From NCBI GenBank assembly GCA_963837465.1, contig CAWINB010000004.1, forward strand, positions 266,853-330,852: a stretch of 64,000 nucleotides of DNA. Direction: 5' to 3'. Numbering within the stretch: the first letter of the stretch is position 1; each line of letters begins with the position of its first letter. This stretch comes from Candidatus Doudnabacteria bacterium (GTDB lineage Bacteria > Patescibacteriota > Doudnabacteria > UBA920). The translations under genes were made by a program, and so were the position numbers. Below the pieces are notes generated by a model. That model was not told the origin of the DNA and searched no databases. It saw only the letters and a program-made list of their open reading frames with translations. This document shows, one piece after another, positions 58,901 to 64,000 of the stretch.

Positions 58901-58937
58901 TATCCGCAATATCAATTAATACCTTTTAATATTTTCT

Positions 58938-59348
58938 ATGCTAACCATTCGTTTACAACGTACCGGCAAAAAAAACCAGGCTGATTTTAGGATTGTGCTG
59001 GCGGAAAAGGAAGCGCCGGTGCAGAAAAAGTTTGTGGAAATTTTAGGCAGTTATAATCCCCGCAGGAAAACTTTCCAGGTCAGGGAAGAACGGGTTAAAT
59101 ACTGGATTGGCCAAAGGGTGGAGCTAAGCGAAACCATGCATAATCTGTTTGTAACCAAAGGGTTTGTGCAGGGAACAAAAGTAAAAGCTTTCAGCATTCC
59201 CAAAAAGCCCGTTGAACCGGCGGCGGAAGCCAAGGCGGCGGCAACGGAAACTCCGGCTGAAGTTGGGGAAGCGGTTGCCGAAGTTGAAGCTAAGATAGAG
59301 GCTCCTGTCGCGGAAGAATCCAAGTCCGCCGAAACCCCGGCGCAATAG
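58938..59348 (+). CDS. rpsP: 30S ribosomal protein S16 with Ala/Glu-rich C-terminal extension
   Basis: MLTIRLQRTGKKNQADFRIVLAE..ILGSYNP. Confidence 0.9.
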   Translation: MLTIRLQRTGKKNQADFRIVLAEKEAPVQKKFVEILGSYNPRRKTFQVREERVKYWIGQRVELSETMHNLFVTKGFVQGTKVKAFSIPKKPVEPAAEAKAAATETPAEVGEAVAEVEAKIEAPVAEESKSAETPAQ

Positions 59349-59360
59349 TATCAAATATAA

Positions 59361-59392
59361 AAAACTTCCGCCTTTAGGGGCGGAAGTTTTTT
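59361..59392 (+). terminator. Rho-independent terminator after rpsP
   Basis: aaaacttccgcc..ggcggaagtttttt. Confidence 0.75.
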
Positions 59393-59552
59393 ATTGACAC
59401 GCATTTTTGCATCAATTATAATATCCCTAAGATAGCACACGCTAGAAGTAAACCGCGTAAAAGAGACGGGGAGATAAATTCAGCTCCACTGATATATTCT
59501 CTAACGGGGTAAAGGTCGTAGCAGAATTACGCTATCCAGAAATTGCATTTAT

Positions 59553-59945
59553 ATGGAGCAAGATCAGACATTTGTGGAGTTTGTTGTAAAAGCGTTGGTT
59601 GACCATCCCGAGGATGTAAAAACCGAGCGCGTCGTGGATGAAATGGGAGTATTGATTACTCTTCACTTAAACCCCGAAGATATGGGCCAGGTTATTGGCC
59701 GTATGGGCCAGACTGCCAAAGCTATCCGCACTCTTTTAAGAGTCGTTGGCGCCAAGCACAAAGCCCGCGTCAACTTAAAAATTTACGAACCCGAAGGTTC
59801 CCACAGGGGACCGCGCCGCGAAGGCGGTATGGGAATGGGCCACGGGCCGAGCATGGGCCACCAGGGCGGCATGAACGGTTCCATGGGCGGCGGCCAAATG
59901 GGCCAAAGCGTGAGCGATGATTCCATTGACGAGTTTAAACTCTAG
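59553..59945 (+). CDS. KH-domain RNA-binding protein (YlqC-like) with Gly/Met-rich tail
   Basis: VIGRMGQTAKAIRTLL is a KH GXXG loop. This is the conserved position between rpsP and trmD. Confidence 0.75.
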   Translation: MEQDQTFVEFVVKALVDHPEDVKTERVVDEMGVLITLHLNPEDMGQVIGRMGQTAKAIRTLLRVVGAKHKARVNLKIYEPEGSHRGPRREGGMGMGHGPSMGHQGGMNGSMGGGQMGQSVSDDSIDEFKL

Positions 59946-60090
59946 GTTGCGGAAATACGCGGAATTTAACGCGGAAAGACGCTGAATCTAAAATAAATAA
60001 CCCTGCTCGCAAGCCACGTAAAATAAATCTACGTGGCAAGAGTGGGGTTATTTTGTTAAGATGTAATTGATAACGATAACGTGCCACAAG

Positions 60091-60131
60091 GGTTGCCCTT
60101 GTGTTGCACAAGGGCAACCCTTGTGAAGAAG
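60091..60131. repeat. 41-nt perfect inverted repeat overlapping the trmD start
   Basis: cacaagggttgcccttgtg ttg cacaagggcaacccttgtg. Each half is itself nearly palindromic. Confidence 0.8.
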
Positions 60132-60842
60132 AAATTGACCATAAAAATAATAACTTTATTTCCAAAATTCATAGAAAATTTTTTGGAAAATTTTGGCATT
60201 GTCAAAAGGGCGGTCGGTTTGGGGCTTTTGGATATCCGGCCGGTAAATTTAAGGAGTTTTGGTTTAGGCGATCGTCAAGTCGTGGATGACAGGCCTTATG
60301 GCGGGGGTGTGGGGATGGTATTACGTGCTGACGTATTGTTTAAAGCAATGCAAGGGGTAAGGGCTAAGGGGTTAGGGGTTAGAAAGAAACAGAAAGTGAT
60401 TTTGCTTACGCCGCAGGGAAAAAAGTTTGAGCAGAAAGACGCTCATAGGTTGGCAAAATATGACGAGTTAATTTTTGTCTGCGGCAGGTACGAAGGTTTT
60501 GACGAACGCATTAGGCAATTCGCGGACGAGGAAATTTCCATTGGCGATTATATTTTAATGGGCGGCGAACTGCCGGCTTTGGTAATAAGCGAAGCGGTTA
60601 TGCGGCTTAGGCCCGGAATTTTGGGCAAAGATGAATCGTCCGTGGCCGAATCTTTTTCGGAAAATTTGCTTGAGCACCCGCAGTATACAAAGCCGTATGA
60701 GTGGAAAGTAAAAAGTAAAAAGTTAAAAGTTCCCAAAGTTTTACTGACCGGACATCATAAAAATATAGAAGAATTTAGGAATAAAGAATCATATAAGCGC
60801 ACAAAAAAACGTCGGCCGGATTTAATTAAAAATCAAAAATAG
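60123..60842 (+). CDS. trmD: tRNA (guanine37-N1)-methyltransferase TrmD
   Basis: LTIKIITLFPKF N-terminus and the SPOUT fold (...DDRPYGGG...GGELPALV). GTG at 60123 is preferred over the ORF-track start inside the palindrome. Confidence 0.85.
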   Translation: MKKKLTIKIITLFPKFIENFLENFGIVKRAVGLGLLDIRPVNLRSFGLGDRQVVDDRPYGGGVGMVLRADVLFKAMQGVRAKGLGVRKKQKVILLTPQGKKFEQKDAHRLAKYDELIFVCGRYEGFDERIRQFADEEISIGDYILMGGELPALVISEAVMRLRPGILGKDESSVAESFSENLLEHPQYTKPYEWKVKSKKLKVPKVLLTGHHKNIEEFRNKESYKRTKKRRPDLIKNQK

Positions 60843-60845
60843 ATT

Positions 60846-61499
60846 ATGGACCAAACTCAGGACAGGGTGATATATTTAACTTTTGATGACGGGCCGCTTG
60901 AGCCCCACACTTCTAAAATTTTGGATATACTAAAGCAGTACAATGCCAAGGCTGCATTCTTTTTTTGCGGCAAAAATATTGAAAGAAACGCCGGAAGTGT
61001 AGCAAGGGTTGTTTCAGAGGGTCATTCCCTTGGTAACCATACGTACTCGCACGATTTTTGGAAAGTAATTACCGGAAACCTGCTTGGCGAAATTGAGCAG
61101 ACGGAACTGCTAATAAAAAATTATGCGAATATTACATCATTGCTTTACCGTTCTCCCTGGGGTATAACGCTTCCCCGTCTCAGGGCTAATTTATTGGCCG
61201 CAGGTTTTGCCGTTTGTTCCTGGAATATTACGGCTTTTGATTGGTGGCAACCATCCGCGGAATTTATAGCGAGGCACGTTATCGCGAGAGCTTTTCCCGG
61301 GGCCGTGGTGTTGCTCCATGACGGCAACAGAACATTGCCGGGGAACCGGGAAAATACCGTAAAAGCTTTGCCGGTTATTATTAAAGCCCTGCGGGAACAG
61401 GGATATATGTTTAAGCCTCTAAAGCCGGACTGGCATAATCAGCGTGTTTTTTTGAAGGATTTTCTGACAGATATTATCACTGTCTTTAAAAACTATTGA
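60846..61499 (+). CDS. Polysaccharide deacetylase (NodB-domain) family protein
   Basis: YLTFDDGP and the later HTYSH / LLHD motifs. Confidence 0.8.
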   Translation: MDQTQDRVIYLTFDDGPLEPHTSKILDILKQYNAKAAFFFCGKNIERNAGSVARVVSEGHSLGNHTYSHDFWKVITGNLLGEIEQTELLIKNYANITSLLYRSPWGITLPRLRANLLAAGFAVCSWNITAFDWWQPSAEFIARHVIARAFPGAVVLLHDGNRTLPGNRENTVKALPVIIKALREQGYMFKPLKPDWHNQRVFLKDFLTDIITVFKNY

Positions 61500-61511
61500 T
61501 TATCTAAAGGT

Positions 61512-62261
61512 ATGGAAATTAAAAAGTTATACTACTTCTCGATAATTGTTGCCGCCCTTAACGAAGAAAAATATATTGCGGATTGCATTTCAGCATTGAA
61601 GGGCCAAAATTATCGGGGTGAGTTTGATATAATTATTGTCGACAACGGCAGTAATGATAATACCCGCAAAATTGCCCAAAAATTGGGAGTAAGAGTTATC
61701 CCCGAACCTCAAAGAGGCGTCTCTTACGCTTTAATTACCGGTTGCCGCGAAGCAAAAGGGGAAATACTCGCTTTCACAGATGCCGATACCAGGCCACGGG
61801 CCGATTGGCTTTCTAAATTAAACGGGATTTTTAATTCCGGGGAAAATGTAGCAGGAGGCGGCGGAGGTCTTTTTTATTACGATGGCCCAAAATGGGCAAA
61901 TATTCTTTTTCAGGATTTTTTAATCAGGTTTTATGTTAAGTATTTTCAGAAACGACATCAAGGCCTGGCAGGGTGTAATATGGCAGTCCGCGCGGATGTC
62001 TACAAAAAAATAGGAGGGTTTGCTCCTGGATTTAATTGGGGTCAGGACTGGCAAATGGGGAAAAGAGTCAGCCGGTTGGGTAATGTTATTTTTGATCCGG
62101 ATATTGTAGTTAATACGTCTTTCCGCAGGTTTAACGGCCGATATAATAGCCCACTGTTAAAAAATATTTACGCGATTAAAGAATTTTTGGTAGCGGGGGT
62201 CAGGATGCTGCCTTTAATGTATTTGGGGGCAAAGCTTAAACCGCAAAAACCTGTGAGATAA
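61512..62261 (+). CDS. GT2-family glycosyltransferase
   Basis: SIIVAALNEEKYI...IIIVDNGSNDNT..FTDAD (DXD). Confidence 0.8.
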   Translation: MEIKKLYYFSIIVAALNEEKYIADCISALKGQNYRGEFDIIIVDNGSNDNTRKIAQKLGVRVIPEPQRGVSYALITGCREAKGEILAFTDADTRPRADWLSKLNGIFNSGENVAGGGGGLFYYDGPKWANILFQDFLIRFYVKYFQKRHQGLAGCNMAVRADVYKKIGGFAPGFNWGQDWQMGKRVSRLGNVIFDPDIVVNTSFRRFNGRYNSPLLKNIYAIKEFLVAGVRMLPLMYLGAKLKPQKPVR

Positions 62262-62269
62262 ATAATTTT

Positions 62270-63319
62270 ATGCCTACACATGAATTCATCGTCGAAGCCT
62301 TAAAAACGCGCCTGGATAAATATCTCGCGGAGCAAATAAAAGATATTTCCAGGAGCCGGATTCAGCGCGACATAGAGGGTGGCCTTGTGGAGGTTAACGG
62401 GGAATTGATTACAGAAAGCAAATTTGTAGTCAGGCTGGATGACAAAATAGCTTACAGGCAATCGGCAGACAGCAATCGGCAGACAGGACTTAAGCCTACA
62501 GATACTCCGCTGAGGATTTTATACAATAACCACGGCCTGCTCATTGTAGACAAGCCAGCAGGATTAACGGTTCATCCGGGAGCCGGGTTTAAAGGGGAGA
62601 CTTTGGCCAGCGCGCTTTTGTATCATTTTTCCGCCGGAGGCGGATCCGCCTCCGGCGGAAAAAATATCCACTTAGTCGGCGAGGAGCACCGGCCGGGGAT
62701 TGTGCACAGGCTTGATAAAGATACCAGCGGCGTAATTTTGGTGGCCGCTACCCAGGAAATGTACGAACATTTAAAAAACGCTTTCGCGGAACGCAAAGTA
62801 AAAAAAGAATACATAGCCTTGGTTTCCGGCCGGGTGGAAAAGCCGCACGGGTTTATAGAAGCGCCCATTGGCAAAAGCAAAACAGATTTTAGGAAACAGA
62901 CTGCGAAAAATCCGGTGGAGGGCAAGGAGGCGGTAACTGAGTATAAAGTTCTGGAGTATTTAAATCAGAAAAATCGGAAAATCGGAGAATCGGAAAGCTC
63001 GGATCCGACTTCCGATGTATCTGATTTTTCCGATAAATCCGGTGTTGACACTTACACCCTAATTCTGGTAAAATTGCATACAGGCAGAACGCATCAAATT
63101 CGGGTGCATATGGCATTTATTGGACATCCGCTTATGGGCGACAGCTTATACGGCGGGAAAAGAGGTTTTTTAAAAAATCTTACAAGACAATTCCTGCACG
63201 CTAAAAAAATAGAAGTTCAGTTGCCGGACGATTCCTGGATAGAAGCAGAGTCAGAATTTCCGGATGATCTTAAAAAAGTTTTGATTGGGTTAAACAGTAA
63301 AGTTGTTAAACAATTATAA
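62270..63319 (+). CDS. RluA-family (RluD-like) pseudouridine synthase carrying two in-frame insertions
   Basis: S4-like N-terminus and catalytic HRLDKDTSG. Inserts at aa about 119-133 (palindrome copy d) and aa about 232-262 (Ser/Asp-rich). Confidence 0.8.
   Translation: MPTHEFIVEALKTRLDKYLAEQIKDISRSRIQRDIEGGLVEVNGELITESKFVVRLDDKIAYRQSADSNRQTGLKPTDTPLRILYNNHGLLIVDKPAGLTVHPGAGFKGETLASALLYHFSAGGGSASGGKNIHLVGEEHRPGIVHRLDKDTSGVILVAATQEMYEHLKNAFAERKVKKEYIALVSGRVEKPHGFIEAPIGKSKTDFRKQTAKNPVEGKEAVTEYKVLEYLNQKNRKIGESESSDPTSDVSDFSDKSGVDTYTLILVKLHTGRTHQIRVHMAFIGHPLMGDSLYGGKRGFLKNLTRQFLHAKKIEVQLPDDSWIEAESEFPDDLKKVLIGLNSKVVKQL
62629..62662. repeat. GGATCC-centred perfect palindrome, copy d, inside a coding sequence
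   Basis: ttttCCGCCGGAGGCGGATCCGCCTCCGGCGGaaaa, encoding FSAGGGSASGGK in frame. Confidence 0.85.
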
Positions 63320-63384
63320 ATTAACAGAATTAGGAATTAGTCCGCCCAAGGCGGAATACTTCATAATTCATACTTCATGATTTC

Positions 63385-63771
63385 ATGCAAATTGTAAAAA
63401 ATGTCTCCGACAGCCAGTTAAAAACTCTGCCCAGCTTTAAACCGGGCGACACCGTTAAGGTCCACCAGCGGATTAAAGATTATATTGAAGACCAGAAGAC
63501 CAAAAAGGTAACCATAAAAGAACGCGTCCAGGTTTTTGAAGGTTTGGTGATTGCCCGCAAGGGCGGCAGCGGCGTTAACGGTACTTTTATGGTGCGCAAA
63601 ATTTCCTACGGCGTGGGCGTGGAGAGAATCTATCCGCTTCATTCCCCCAACATCGTCAAACTGGAAATCACCAAATCCCCTCAAGTCCGCCACGCCAAAC
63701 TTTACTACGTAAGGGACAGGCAGGACAATACGCCAAGAACCAGAAAAGAAAAAGTTGTAAAAAAGGCTTAA
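63385..63771 (+). CDS. rplS: 50S ribosomal protein L19
   Basis: [39 protein letters not shown]. Confidence 0.9.
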   Translation: MQIVKNVSDSQLKTLPSFKPGDTVKVHQRIKDYIEDQKTKKVTIKERVQVFEGLVIARKGGSGVNGTFMVRKISYGVGVERIYPLHSPNIVKLEITKSPQVRHAKLYYVRDRQDNTPRTRKEKVVKKA

Positions 63772-63780
63772 TCTCGATAA

Positions 63781-63813
63781 AAAAATTCCCCTCTGTAGGG
63801 GAGTTTTTATTTT
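63781..63813 (+). terminator. Rho-independent terminator after rplS
   Basis: aaaaattcccctc..gaggggagttttt. Confidence 0.75.
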
Positions 63814-64000
63814 GTCCGGTATCGATGAACTTTTTAGGATTTATTCCAAAAAGGCAGGCGTGGATATTAACCCTCATATGCTTAGGCATATGCTTGGCCG
63901 TGATATGGCGGAGAACGGAGCCAACGAGCACAACATTTCTAACGTACTTGGCCACTCGCGCTTGGACAGCTCCAGAATTTACACTATGTTGTTTGGCACG
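63812..64000 (+). pseudogene. C-terminal fragment of a tyrosine recombinase (XerC/XerD/phage-integrase family), running off the window
   Basis: Frame 2 reads ..AGVDINPHMLRHMLGRDMAENGANEHNISNVLGHSRLDSSRIYTML, the catalytic box II (HxLRH ... LGH ... Y). No N-terminal domain lies upstream; rplS ends 40 nt before it. Confidence 0.5.

Noticed and set aside
1-64000. A CRISPR array or cas genes.
   Set aside because: No run of regularly spaced direct repeats of 25-40 bp was seen. The only tandem repeat is the 7-nt microsatellite in the murF-like gene, and no Cas-like proteins are present.

Overview
This 64-kb window looks like a low-GC, gene-dense chromosome fragment from a streamlined bacterium, possibly a Patescibacteria/CPR metagenome-assembled genome. 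That placement is inference from gene content: a type IV pilin, RodZ, DedA, ComF, TrmB regulators, many small secreted proteins, and a split ribosomal-protein neighbourhood.

Housekeeping genes recognised from protein motifs:
- Cell wall: murA (truncated at the 5' edge), then a murF-like ligase, alr and ddl in a row.
- DNA and chromosome: recA, ftsK/spoIIIE, smc, rnhB, rnc, and a DnaQ-exonuclease fusion protein.
- Ribosome and RNA: rpsP, a KH-domain protein, trmD, rplS, rlmH, and an RluA-type pseudouridine synthase.
- Other: ftsH, galU, lspA, comM/yifB, a cysteine-synthase-family PLP enzyme, a threonine aldolase, an ABC permease/ATPase pair, an MFS transporter, a GT28 and a GT2 glycosyltransferase, a solute-binding lipoprotein and Hsp20.

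Seven tRNA genes were found by hand folding: Ala-CGC, Arg-CCT, Ala-GGC, Pro-CGG, Ser-CGA, Leu-TAG and Val-GAC. There is no rRNA and no CRISPR array.

The accessory content is the more interesting part:
- A roughly 5-6 kb integrative element sits at tRNA-Ala(GGC). It carries a large serine recombinase, a Prim-Pol/AAA replication protein, and cargo that includes an Rx4H (HEPN-like) protein.
- A 38-bp GGATCC-centred perfect palindrome occurs four times, once as an in-frame Gly/Ser-rich insertion in the RluA-type gene. Further palindromic in-frame insertions sit in rnhB and at a second site in the RluA-type gene.
- A 166-bp MITE-like repeat with short terminal inverted repeats occurs twice.
- Five paralogous small secreted proteins lie in tandem, each with a conserved C-terminal double-transmembrane GNEE..EKGK module (pilin-like).
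- Three GIY-YIG proteins or fragments lie next to tRNA genes, one of them paired with an XRE HTH gene.
- Two candidate toxin-antitoxin modules are present: DUF4258/DUF2283 and a PIN protein with a small partner.
- alr and ftsK each carry an apparent frameshift.
- There are two unusually long intergenic regions that may hold structured RNAs.
- A truncated tyrosine-recombinase fragment runs off the right edge.

All calls rest on reading the translations and the nucleotide sequence by eye. No database search or covariance-model scan was run.
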